Shown: one piece after another, positions 17,603 through 26,683 of the stretch | How positions within the stretch are numbered: position 1 is the stretch's first letter | How the letters are laid out: each line of letters begins with the position of its first letter | DNA from: Planctomycetaceae bacterium | GTDB taxonomy: Bacteria; Planctomycetota; Planctomycetia; Planctomycetales; Planctomycetaceae | Direction: 5' to 3' | DNA: 64,000 nt | NCBI GenBank assembly: GCA_044229335.1 | Contig: JBGATC010000018.1 | Span: 530 to 64,529, forward strand | Made by a program: the position numbers and the translations under genes | Notes under the pieces: model-generated | The model's input: only the letters and a program-made list of their open reading frames with translations | The model's database searches: none | Told to the model about the DNA's origin: nothing

Positions 17603-18454
17603 TCAGGAGGTCATCGCGGCCAGCCGTTGGCCATTCGTCTCTGGACGCAGGCGGTCCACGCGATTCCACAACGGCTTCCAACTGTTGCGACTCATCAACT
17701 CAGCGAACTCTGCCAGCGAATCGACCACGATTTCCGGTCGATAGGCGTAATGCTGGACATCAGCCTCGCGCGTTCCCCCGCTGAGGACCAGGACCGTATG
17801 AAACCCGAGTTGCACACCTCCGATGATGTCCGTTTCCATGGTGTCGCCGATCATGGTCGTTTCATCGGTAGTCAGTCCGAGGGCTTTCCGGGCAGCCCGC
17901 ATCATGTAGGGATTCGGCTTCCCGACGCTGAACGCCTTGATCCCGGTGGCGGCTTCCAGGACCGAGACCATCGCCCCGCAACCGGGCCGCACGCCGTTCT
18001 GCGTCGGACAGCTGGGATCGAGATTGGTGGCAATCAGTTTCGCGCCCCCCATCAGGAGTCGCACCGCGGTCTCGACGAGTTCCAGGTTAAATGTTCGCCC
18101 TTCTCCCACCACCACGTAGTCGGGATCGTGATCCACGACCGAATAGCCACACTGGTCGAGCGCGTTGAGCAGCCCCCCTTCTCCGATGACGAAGGCCGAG
18201 CCGCCAGGTTTCTGTTGGGCCAGAAACTGAGCCGTGGCCATCGCACACGTGAAGACCTGGTCGTCGTCGACCTCAATCCCCATGCGTCCCAGCTTCGCGA
18301 CGACATCGCGCCGTGTCCGCTGGCTGTTGTTCGTAAGGAACATGAACGGGATCTGTCGCTGCTGCAGTTGACGGATGAATTCATCCGCCCCCGGAATCAA
18401 CTCCGAACCCCGATAGAGCACACCGTCCATATCGATGAGATAGCCGTGTCGCAT
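17603..18454 (-). CDS. HAD-IIA family hydrolase (NagD-like)
   Basis: MRHGYLIDMDGVLYRGSELIPGADEFI ... FLTNNS ... GKPNPYM ... IGDTMETDI. Confidence 0.9.
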   Translation of the reverse strand: MRHGYLIDMDGVLYRGSELIPGADEFIRQLQQRQIPFMFLTNNSQRTRRDVVAKLGRMGIEVDDDQVFTCAMATAQFLAQQKPGGSAFVIGEGGLLNALDQCGYSVVDHDPDYVVVGEGRTFNLELVETAVRLLMGGAKLIATNLDPSCPTQNGVRPGCGAMVSVLEAATGIKAFSVGKPNPYMMRAARKALGLTTDETTMIGDTMETDIIGGVQLGFHTVLVLSGGTREADVQHYAYRPEIVVDSLAEFAELMSRNSWKPLWNRVDRLRPETNGQRLAAMTS

Positions 18455-18767
18455 TCAGAATCCTCAATCCACAGGCTCCGCTACGGCTCTGCGCGCTGAG
18501 CCTTCATCAGTTCCCCGCGTCGACCAGATTCGACAAGGGACGATGAACGGGAGAGAACCAACTCACTGTCGGCACCCGATACGCAACTGCTATGCCAGCT
18601 TTAAAGTGTCACGGCTGACCAAGCGTCGCATCTCTCCCGAGAATCACCAGTTACGCTCAATCCGCGATTCCTGCGGAGTGTGTCGGCTGCGCGCCAGTTG
18701 CGCAGCGTTGTCGGCGGCTGATGAGGCCGCACGTGCAATGAACAGGCGGGCGATCATGAATGACCTG

Positions 18768-20057
18768 TTAACTCGTCACGCCGTCATAGTTGCCGATCTG
18801 ATAGGCCGAGACGCACGCGATGATCAGACAGATCAAGGTCGACGGCCATAACAGACTCAGGGCGGTGAAGATGAGGACAATCGTGAACATCAGATTTTTG
18901 GCTGCCTGCATCTCGACCGCCTGTTTCGACCGGAGGCTGTTGACCAGCAACTGACGCTCGGCGGGTGACTTCGCATCGAGCCGCCGCGTGGCTTCCTGCA
19001 GCACGTCCGGGAGGATGTCCGTGTCGGCGTCGCTCTCATCGAACTCCGCCTCGGCCATGCGGGTCGGTTTGTTCGCCTGCTTGAACTCCGGCTCGACTTC
19101 GTGTTCCGCCAGGTGATGAATCAGCGAATCACGATCGACCCCATGCTGGCGATCGTCCACCTGCTGCATGAAGGCGGCCTGTTCCTGTGGCGGGAGCGCA
19201 TTCCAGCGTTTTTCGGCTTCGGTCCAGAAGGCCGGGTCGTACATCCCCTTCGTACTGTAGTCTTCGTAGTCCTCATCATCTAGTTGCGGATGTTCTACCG
19301 GTTTGCCCGCTGTCCGGAACTCGGGGGCCACAACCTCTTCGGCATACGCAGCGACGAGCTCTTCGCGCGACATTGCTGCTGTCCCGCCACGGTCGGGCAT
19401 CCAATCGTCATAGAAGAGTGTGAGATTGAGCGTGAGATTGCTCAGGAAGACAGCCAAGAGCGTGATGAGGACACCCGTCACACCGGGCATCCAGCCTTCA
19501 TACTGTGCAGCTCCCAACCGAACGCCGATTCCTACAAACGTCCCGATCAGAATCGACAGGAACCCGACATGCCAGCCGGTGGAATACGCCACCAGCCCCC
19601 ACAGTCCTCCGCCAAGCAAGCCCCCGATGATCCCACCGCCGGTCCAGAGCAGGACCGCCATCCCAAAGGTGCGTTCGGCAGGGGGACGCGATTTCTTCTT
19701 CGACTTTTTCTTCCGTGGGGCGTCCGCTACTTCCTCGGCGACCTGCCGTTTTGCCGGGCGGCGTGACCGTGACGGCAACGGCTGCGGTTCCGAAAAGTCG
19801 TCATCGTCATCGTCGATTTCCACCGCGTCTTGCAGAGCTTCATCCCATTCGTCTGCGGGCTCTGGCTTCGTCGGCTTACTCCGTGTCGGTGACGCGCTCT
19901 CCTTCGGCTTCACCACCCGGATCATTGCCGGACGGGCGACGAATTTGGTCTGACATTTCGGACAACGGACTTTGCGATTCGCCAGCTCTTCGGGGGCCGC
20001 CTTCATCGCGAGTGTTGCGCCACACTCGACACATTCAATCTGGACGGTCCCGCTCAT
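18768..20057 (-). CDS. Zinc-ribbon membrane protein, uncharacterized
   Basis: The N-terminus carries C-x-x-C ... C-x-x-C (ECVECG ... RCPKCQTKF). A charged linker, a Gly-rich multi-TM block, an internally duplicated soluble segment and a final TM follow. Confidence 0.7.
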   Translation of the reverse strand: MSGTVQIECVECGATLAMKAAPEELANRKVRCPKCQTKFVARPAMIRVVKPKESASPTRSKPTKPEPADEWDEALQDAVEIDDDDDDFSEPQPLPSRSRRPAKRQVAEEVADAPRKKKSKKKSRPPAERTFGMAVLLWTGGGIIGGLLGGGLWGLVAYSTGWHVGFLSILIGTFVGIGVRLGAAQYEGWMPGVTGVLITLLAVFLSNLTLNLTLFYDDWMPDRGGTAAMSREELVAAYAEEVVAPEFRTAGKPVEHPQLDDEDYEDYSTKGMYDPAFWTEAEKRWNALPPQEQAAFMQQVDDRQHGVDRDSLIHHLAEHEVEPEFKQANKPTRMAEAEFDESDADTDILPDVLQEATRRLDAKSPAERQLLVNSLRSKQAVEMQAAKNLMFTIVLIFTALSLLWPSTLICLIIACVSAYQIGNYDGVTS

Positions 20058-20179
20058 GGCCGGGCTCCTCGGGAGACGGTGAGGATCGCAGTGTCTGTCA
20101 GTAAGAAGGGATGTGCCTCAGGAAAACACAAGATACCCGTGACACGGACCGAGGGGAATCATGATCTTCTCCAGTTGCC

Positions 20180-21490
20180 TCACTCACCGAACGTCGACTT
20201 CCTGCGGAGTTGATGGTGATAGTGCTGGGCGAAGCGGTGGGCTTCATCGCGGACGTATTGCAGCAACCGCAGCGCGAATGAATGTCGGCTGAGGATCTTC
20301 GGTTCACTCTCACCCGGCCGGTAGACTTCTTCTTCCCGCTTCGCGAGCGAAAGGACACACGGCGCGGTCACGCCGATCCCCTCGAGTGCCGCCATCGCGG
20401 CACTGAGCTGACCTTTGCCCCCATCGATCAGCAGGATATCGGGAAAGGCTTCTCCTTCCTGCTGCAGCCGACGAAATCGGCGACTGACGACTTCCCGCAT
20501 CGAAGCAAAGTCGTCGACCCCTTCGACCGACCGAATCTTGAACCGCTTGTACCCCGGCTTGAAGGGCAACCCATCCAGGAACTGCACACAACTGGCGACC
20601 GTCTCGCCCCCCTGCAGATGGGCGATGTCCATCCCTTCAATGCGTCGGGGCAAGTCAGGCAACTCGAAGATCTTCCTGAGCCCCCGCACGCCTCGTTTCG
20701 GATCGACCTGAAAGACTTCCGGCTGGGCGTGCTCGCGCAGGTCACCCCGCAAATTGAGATTCTCCAGGGCCTTGATCTGATCCCGCAGCCGCGCCGCCCG
20801 TTCGAACTTCCGTTCAGCAGCGGCCTGCTGCATTTCGGCCCGGAGTTCCTCGAACAGGGAGACCTTTTCTCCGTCGAGAAACATCATCAGCCGACGGATA
20901 TCACGCCGGTATTCCTTCCGTGTGACGCGCAGATTACAGGGTGCCGTGCATTGCTGGATGCTCGCCAGCAGACACGGGCGAAACCACCGCCAGCGGTCTT
21001 CGTCCTCTCGAATGTCGAGCGCACAATTCCGGAATCGGAAGATCTGCTGCAGCACCACGAGCGCCCCGCGCAACTTCCGTGCATTGGTGAACGGCCCGTA
21101 GAGCTTCACCCCTCGTGCGCGTGGCTTGCGTGTGAATTCGACCCGCGGAAACGGTTCGCGGACTGTGATCTGCAGATACGGAAAGGTCTTATCGTCTTTC
21201 AGCTCGGTATTGAACCGGGGCTGCACATCCTTCACCAGCCGGGCTTCCAGCAAGAGCGCATCGACTTCACTATCCGTCGCGATGAAATCGACATCCGCGA
21301 TCTCGGGGACCAGATCACACGTGCGGCGATCGACCAGGGCCTGCGCGAGGAAATAGCTCCCTGCACGACTCCGCAGGTTGACCGCCTTGCCGATGTAGAT
21401 CACCCGGCCACGTGCGTCTTTCATCAAATAGACGCCCGGTGTCGTCGGGAAGGTCTTCACCTTCTCGCGCGGCTCCAGCGGTGCGGACAT
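20180..21490 (-). CDS. uvrC: Excinuclease ABC subunit C (short form without the C-terminal HhH2)
   Basis: GIY-YIG domain (PGVYLMKDARGRVIYIGKAVNLRSR), UVR motif (ERKFERAARLRDQIKALENL) and RNase H-like endonuclease domain (IEGMDIAHLQGGETVAS ... LIDGGKGQL ... RDEAHRFA). The protein ends right after this domain. Confidence 0.9.
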   Translation of the reverse strand: MSAPLEPREKVKTFPTTPGVYLMKDARGRVIYIGKAVNLRSRAGSYFLAQALVDRRTCDLVPEIADVDFIATDSEVDALLLEARLVKDVQPRFNTELKDDKTFPYLQITVREPFPRVEFTRKPRARGVKLYGPFTNARKLRGALVVLQQIFRFRNCALDIREDEDRWRWFRPCLLASIQQCTAPCNLRVTRKEYRRDIRRLMMFLDGEKVSLFEELRAEMQQAAAERKFERAARLRDQIKALENLNLRGDLREHAQPEVFQVDPKRGVRGLRKIFELPDLPRRIEGMDIAHLQGGETVASCVQFLDGLPFKPGYKRFKIRSVEGVDDFASMREVVSRRFRRLQQEGEAFPDILLIDGGKGQLSAAMAALEGIGVTAPCVLSLAKREEEVYRPGESEPKILSRHSFALRLLQYVRDEAHRFAQHYHHQLRRKSTFGE

Positions 21491-21551
21491 ACTCTCTCCT
21501 CCCTGTCCGAGCGGTGACGCTCCCCGAGAGTAGTATATCGCTCCCCCACCC

Positions 21552-21566
21552 CGCTTGCGTCTTCGC
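21552..21566 (-). repeat. Copy of the GCGAAGACGCAAGCG motif (reverse orientation)
   Basis: Exact cgcttgcgtcttcgc, 15 nt downstream of the DUF1501 stop. Confidence 0.9.
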
Positions 21567-21580
21567 GTCCGGAGCCGACT

Positions 21581-22966
21581 TCAGCCGAACAGGTGCACCA
21601 GGGGCTGGCCATCGCACACGCGGTAGGGCCGGCGCTGCTGATCGTGGAATTCCGCCTGGAGCGGCACACCCAGCGCCGTGTGAATGGTCGCGATGAAGTC
21701 TTCCGGACTGACGGGATGCTGAGTCGGATAGGCCCCGTGGGCATCGCTCGCCCCATACACCTGACCGCCGCGGATTCCGCCCCCGGCGAGGACGACCGAC
21801 TGGCACGGCCCCCAGTGATCACGGCCCGCCTGCGGGTTAATCTTCGGCGTGCGGCCGAATTCCCCCAGCATCGCGACGAGAGTTTCATCGAGCAGCCCGC
21901 GCTGCGACAGGTCTTCGATCAGGGCCGAGTACCCTTTATCGAGAGAGGGGAGACAATATGCTTCCTGCAGCATCTGCTTGCCGGTGATCCCGTTGATCGA
22001 CGCAGTCCCGCCGTGATTGTCCCACACGTTGAGGACGTTCCCGTCCTTCGGCGAGACGTAGTACCAGACCAGCGTAACCAGCCGAACGCCCGCTTCCACG
22101 AGTCGCCGGGCCAGCAGAAACGCTTCGCCGTATTCGTTGCGGCCGTAGCGGTCGCGGGTCCGGTCGGCTTCCTTCTCGATGGCGAAGGCCCCTTTCGCCT
22201 CTGGCGCAAACAGCATCCGGTAAGCCTGTTCGCGGGCCGCTTCCAGTCCACCGACTGCACTCCGATCGCACGTGGCCTGCAGTCGCCGTTCGGTCCGTTC
22301 CAGCGTTTCCAGGAGACCCAGCCGTCCCTGAATGCGGACTGCATCCAGCCCGGTCGGCAGGTCGAGACTGTGTGGTGCAGGCCCCTTCACTTCCGCCGGT
22401 GCCTGCAGTTCCAGCGGATCGAATCGCGGACCGAGGAACCCCGCATGCGTCCCGGTATAGATCACGCCGTCATGCCCGATCGGCCGCGGAATCGTCACCG
22501 CAGCGGGGAGTACGCCGGGGGGACTGAAGTACGAGACGACCGAACCGAGATTCGGGAAATCGGTCCGGTTCCGCATATTCCGGGGCACGGCGAGGCCGTC
22601 CTTGAACCGGCCGGTCATCGTGTAATTCACGCTGACTTCGTGGATGTTGCTGTCATGCGAGAAGGACCGAATCACCGCGAGCTTGTCGGTCAGCTGCGCG
22701 ATCTGCGGGAGTTGATCGCAGATGCGGAGACCGGGAACCACGGTATCAGTCGCCCCAAATTGACTGCGGATGCCTTCGGGGGCGTCGAGCTTGGGATCGA
22801 ACGTCTCGTGCTGGGGCGGCCCACCCCAGAGATAGACCAGAATGCACGATTTCGCGGACGGCTTGGCAGCGGTTGCAGTCGTCGCCGCGTGCATCAACCG
22901 CGGCAGCGTGAGTCCGCCGAGACCCACGGTTCCGAGGCGTAACAAGGCATCGCGACGATGCAGCAT
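21581..22966 (-). CDS. DUF1501 family protein (sulfatase-like fold) with a Tat-type signal
   Basis: The likely start is the Met at 22966 (MLHRRDALLRLGTVGLGGLTLPRL). The C-terminal segment MLGEFGRTPKIN ... GRDHWG is typical of DUF1501. Confidence 0.9.
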   Translation of the reverse strand: MLHRRDALLRLGTVGLGGLTLPRLMHAATTATAAKPSAKSCILVYLWGGPPQHETFDPKLDAPEGIRSQFGATDTVVPGLRICDQLPQIAQLTDKLAVIRSFSHDSNIHEVSVNYTMTGRFKDGLAVPRNMRNRTDFPNLGSVVSYFSPPGVLPAAVTIPRPIGHDGVIYTGTHAGFLGPRFDPLELQAPAEVKGPAPHSLDLPTGLDAVRIQGRLGLLETLERTERRLQATCDRSAVGGLEAAREQAYRMLFAPEAKGAFAIEKEADRTRDRYGRNEYGEAFLLARRLVEAGVRLVTLVWYYVSPKDGNVLNVWDNHGGTASINGITGKQMLQEAYCLPSLDKGYSALIEDLSQRGLLDETLVAMLGEFGRTPKINPQAGRDHWGPCQSVVLAGGGIRGGQVYGASDAHGAYPTQHPVSPEDFIATIHTALGVPLQAEFHDQQRRPYRVCDGQPLVHLFG

Positions 22967-23063
22967 GACGCAAGATTCCCGCAAAGACATTCCAGCAGCG
23001 AGCGCCGCCATCGATTGCCACGCATCGTAAACGCCTGATGCGTCACCCGTCAACGGGCCACCA

Positions 23064-23078
23064 CGCTTGCGTCTTCGC
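23064..23078 (-). repeat. Copy of the GCGAAGACGCAAGCG motif (reverse orientation)
   Basis: Exact cgcttgcgtcttcgc, upstream of the DUF1501 start. Its flanks resemble the copy at 21552. Confidence 0.9.
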
Positions 23079-23107
23079 ATCCACCGACCGCAGCACCGGG
23101 AACGAAG

Positions 23108-23848
23108 TTAGAACCCGACGCCACCACCGCCGCCGGGGGTAACCGGGACTGGGCTGGGGGTGGGGCGTGGGGCGGCGACTGCGGTGGGGGTGGTGGCTCC
23201 GCCCACGCCGTAGAGTTGGTCGCGGCGCATGGCGTAGCGGATGGGGAACGAGGGCCAGATCGAGTTGGCGTAGGGGGCGTTCGGATCGCCGACGAGCAGG
23301 AAGGCGCTGTCGAAGCCGTGCGGGGTGTCGGGTTGCGCACCGACCTGCGGGCCGAGATCGAAGCGGCCGAACGGTTTCTCGGTGACGTACTGCACGAAGC
23401 CGAGCCATTGCCGGTCCGGAGCGGCGATGTTGAACAGGTTCGGTCGTTCCGGCTTGAAGCCGAGAAACTCCCGCGGGATCGGCGCGGTGTGCAGCGCGGT
23501 GAGGATGAAGGCCATCGTCACATAGCCGGTCGCTGCCCCGAAGGCCCAGCGGCCGATCTGATCGACGAGCGCTGGCAGTTGCACGTACGTGGGGGCGAGA
23601 TATTCCGACCCGGCGCGCAGGGCGAACACGCCGCCAATGAACAGCCCGAGCAGCGCGATCATATCCCAGCGGTCGTTCCAGTCGCGGTAGACATTCACGA
23701 GCAGCAGCGTAGCCGGCTCGAAGAAGTTCATCGCGAGCAGACCCGCGATGACGACGCACAGGAAGGTGACCCCGGCGGTCCAGGCCCCTTCGTTCTGCAC
23801 GGTCCACGTCACCCCGGCGATGATCGCGATGAGTGCGATGTCGATCAT
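23108..23848 (-). CDS. Multi-pass membrane protein, possibly CvpA-like, with a Pro/Gly-rich tail
   Basis: 246 aa. MIDIALIAIIAGVTWTV... is followed by 3-4 further helices. The C-terminus is PRPTPSPVPVTPGGGGGVGF. The family call is weak. Confidence 0.6.
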   Translation of the reverse strand: MIDIALIAIIAGVTWTVQNEGAWTAGVTFLCVVIAGLLAMNFFEPATLLLVNVYRDWNDRWDMIALLGLFIGGVFALRAGSEYLAPTYVQLPALVDQIGRWAFGAATGYVTMAFILTALHTAPIPREFLGFKPERPNLFNIAAPDRQWLGFVQYVTEKPFGRFDLGPQVGAQPDTPHGFDSAFLLVGDPNAPYANSIWPSFPIRYAMRRDQLYGVGGATTPTAVAAPRPTPSPVPVTPGGGGGVGF

Positions 23849-23884
23849 GGTCTTGCTCTTACTGACTGTGGGCAGGGGAAGAGA

Positions 23885-23906
23885 CCCAGGGATCGGAATC
23901 CCTGGG
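23885..23906 (-). other. Stem-loop 18 nt downstream of the ATPase stop; paralog of 1178-1199
   Basis: cccagggat-cgga-atccctggg. On the minus-strand RNA it is followed by ucucuucccc. Confidence 0.5.
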
Positions 23907-23924
23907 CGTCCGGGGATATTGGAT

Positions 23925-25775
23925 TTATTTGACGACCCGCAGCAGTTCGTCGAGCGAGGTGATCCCTTTGACGACGAGTCGCAGGCCCTCTTCTTTCATG
24001 TAGAGCATCCCGTTTTTGCGGGCTTCGGCCTTGATGGTCGTCATGCTCTGTTTTTCACGGATCATGTCCCGCAGCCGGTCGCTGATGATGAACAGTTCGT
24101 AGACCCCGATGCGGCCGTGATAACCCAGGCCGTTGCAGGTCGGGCAGGTCCCTTCCGGATTCTTCGGCGGCCGGAAGAACTTGTCGATCTTGTCGGCCGG
24201 AAGTCCCGCCCGTTGGATCTCATCGACCGAGGGTTTATACGCCTGCTTGCAGTCAGCACAGAGTTTACGAACCAGCCGTTGGGCGAGGATCCCCGAGATC
24301 GAGTCGGCGAGCAGGAACGGTTCAACGCCGAGGTCCATGAGTCGTGACAACGCCGTGATGCTGTCGTTCGCGTGGACCGTCGAGAAGACCATGTGACCGG
24401 TGTTGGCCGCCTGGCAGGCGATCTTTGCGGTTTCACCGTCGCGGATTTCGCCGATCATCACCACGTCGGGGTCTTGCCGCAGAATCGACCGCAGCGAGTT
24501 GGCAAAGGTCTGCCCCGCCTTGGTGTTGATCTCGATCTGCGTGACGTTTTCCATCTTGTATTCGACGGGATCTTCGACCGTGATGATGTTCGATTCGTAG
24601 GCGTTGATCTCGCGGAGGGCGGCATACAGCGTGGTCGACTTACCGGCCCCGGTCGGACCGCAGGCGATAAACATCCCGTGCGGCTGCTGGACGGTCTGCA
24701 CGATCTGGTCGAAGAGCTGTTTGCGCATGCCCAGATCGGCGAGCGTCTTGACCGACGCCCCCTGATCGAGGATGCGGAGCACCATCTTTTCACCCGACTG
24801 CAACCCCTGCGACGCGACGCGGAAATCGATCTCGCGGCCTTCGGTCTCGGCCCGGAAGCTGCCGTCCTGGGCTTTTCGCCGCTCGGTGATATCCATCGCC
24901 GAGAGGACCTTGAAGATGTTGACGATCGCATCGCCGGTGTTGCGATCGAACGGCTCCGCGGGATACATCACGCCGTCGATACGCAGTCGGACCGACGTTT
25001 CGTCTTCTTTGGGCTCGAGGTGGATGTCGGTTGAGCGCCGCAGGATGGCATCGTACAGGAGTTCTTTGGCAGCCATGTAGCCTTTGGAATTCTCGACCTG
25101 GCGGGAACGATCGACTTCCCCGGCCCCTTTCCCCTGTTTGCCGATGAGGCGAATCGGCGGGCCTCCCATGGACGAGGGCCCCTGCTTGCCTCCCAGATTG
25201 ATCCCCATGCGGCCGAGCACCCGGATCGCGACCGAGCGGAGATGCCGCGGCGTGAGCACCTTCCCCGACTCCGGCACGCGCTGGTTCCGCTCAGCGACGT
25301 AAATCCCCATCGGGACCGCATAGCCGACCGTCATCGCGAGGAACGCAAGGAAGAAACTCGAACAGCAGAACGCGAGCAGAAAGCCAGCGATTCCGGCCAC
25401 CAGCACGATGCCGTTCCAGAACTCCTGGCGGACTTTCAACTGGCCGGCGTCTTCATCGATCCAGCCCGCGGTCCAGATCCAGAGCAGGAAGAGACCGAGC
25501 AGAAACGCGGTCTTCATCAGGCTGAGATAGAACCCGGCCAGATCCGGGCGACCCGAGTAGGAGCCGCGATAGAAGCCGTAGGGGGACGGAGGATACGCAT
25601 CATTGGAGCGAGCAGCGACCGCCGGGGCGGCCACGGGAGCAACCACCGGAGCGCCGGGTGCGGGCGCTCCCGGAGCGCTGGAATCGCCTGGGGGAGGCTG
25701 TGCCACCACCAACGAGCTGATCGCAGTCCAGACCACGAGCGTCAGCAGCAGTTGCTTGACGAGAATCCGCCCCAT
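23925..25775 (-). CDS. GspE/PilB-family secretion ATPase fused to an N-terminal signal peptide plus 3-TM module
   Basis: Walker A is GPTGAGKSTTLYAAL. It also has VMIGEIRDGETAKIACQAANTGHMVFSTVHAND and a zinc tetracysteine-like CADCK ... CPTCNGLGYHGRIGVYE. The N-terminal ~190 aa comprise a signal-like helix, a Pro/Ala-rich stretch and three hydrophobic helices. Confidence 0.9.
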   Translation of the reverse strand: MGRILVKQLLLTLVVWTAISSLVVAQPPPGDSSAPGAPAPGAPVVAPVAAPAVAARSNDAYPPSPYGFYRGSYSGRPDLAGFYLSLMKTAFLLGLFLLWIWTAGWIDEDAGQLKVRQEFWNGIVLVAGIAGFLLAFCCSSFFLAFLAMTVGYAVPMGIYVAERNQRVPESGKVLTPRHLRSVAIRVLGRMGINLGGKQGPSSMGGPPIRLIGKQGKGAGEVDRSRQVENSKGYMAAKELLYDAILRRSTDIHLEPKEDETSVRLRIDGVMYPAEPFDRNTGDAIVNIFKVLSAMDITERRKAQDGSFRAETEGREIDFRVASQGLQSGEKMVLRILDQGASVKTLADLGMRKQLFDQIVQTVQQPHGMFIACGPTGAGKSTTLYAALREINAYESNIITVEDPVEYKMENVTQIEINTKAGQTFANSLRSILRQDPDVVMIGEIRDGETAKIACQAANTGHMVFSTVHANDSITALSRLMDLGVEPFLLADSISGILAQRLVRKLCADCKQAYKPSVDEIQRAGLPADKIDKFFRPPKNPEGTCPTCNGLGYHGRIGVYELFIISDRLRDMIREKQSMTTIKAEARKNGMLYMKEEGLRLVVKGITSLDELLRVVK

Positions 25776-25990
25776 AGTGTCGTACTCAGCAGAACGCGCA
25801 GGGTTCAGCCGGCGCCACGGTGTGCGGACCGCGACAACCGGCAGGGTTGGCCCGAGGCGATTCTAATCCGAGCAGGCGGGTGGAGACAAATGTGCGGGGG
25901 CTGAATCGAGGCCACTCACTGAAGTTCCGCTTGCCGTTTTCGCGGTCTTCTACTGTGCTGCATCTGCCCCATGCTCGGTGCCACGTCCGC

Positions 25991-26545
25991 TCACGGGACC
26001 GACGTCGTACCACTCGGCAGAGGCGGATCGAGTGGCAGCGATGGGGCCCGGCGAGCGGCTTCCGGTGTCGCGGGCGGTGGGGGCACGGCTGGAACCGGCT
26101 GCGGAGCCCGCGGTAACGGCGTTTCGTAGAGTTCCGGTGGCGGTGGAACGATCCCTCCTTGCTCACGGGCCTGGCTCGAGGGCAACTGGTTCGACGTGGC
26201 CCCCGCTTCCGGCATCAGAATCATCCCGGAGGGTGGGACCGCCTGTGACGGATATCCATAGGGATAGCAGGTCGGGTAGACGTGATCCGGATCAATCCGC
26301 GGATGATATCCCTGCTGGCAACGACAGGGACAGGCGGCCGAGTTCACACGGCAGCACCAGTCAGGCTTACCCGCCCGTGAGATGTCGAACCGTGGGTCGT
26401 AATACTTCTCCCAGCGGACGGAGAAATCCGAGACGCCATCGATGACATCGTGATACCGGTTGAATCCGGGCCAGCAGCGGCAGCCGGAAAAGATCAGACA
26501 GAGTCCGGTCGCCAGAGCGACTCGTCGCGCAGCCGATTTCATCAC
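25991..26545 (-). CDS. Cys-rich lipoprotein with a Pro-rich C-terminus, uncharacterized
   Basis: The lipobox is LCLIFSGC. It has about 10 further Cys residues (CRCWPG, WCCRVNSAACPCRCQ). The tail reads PPPPELYETPLPRAPQPVPAVPPPPATPE. Confidence 0.6.
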   Translation of the reverse strand: MMKSAARRVALATGLCLIFSGCRCWPGFNRYHDVIDGVSDFSVRWEKYYDPRFDISRAGKPDWCCRVNSAACPCRCQQGYHPRIDPDHVYPTCYPYGYPSQAVPPSGMILMPEAGATSNQLPSSQAREQGGIVPPPPELYETPLPRAPQPVPAVPPPPATPEAARRAPSLPLDPPLPSGTTSVP

Positions 26546-26683
26546 GTTCCCCCCGAGAGCGCATCGTCATCGGTCGTCATCGGCTGTGAAACGCTGCAGC
26601 CTTCAACGATTGTGCCGTGTATAACGGCGATTCCAGGGTGTGAGAGGCCGACAGAATGCCTTCCGTGGGCGTCTGGGTGAACT

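Noticed and set aside
18543-18851. 102-aa plus-strand ORF in the HAD/zinc-ribbon spacer.
   Set aside because: It runs into the 3' end of the confident minus-strand gene, is Arg/Cys-rich and has no motif. It is likely spurious.
26546-26683. A -35/-10 promoter for the Pfa gene (ttcaac ... tataac).
   Set aside because: The spacer between the two hexamers is only about 12 nt, which is incompatible with a sigma-70-type promoter. I did not annotate it.
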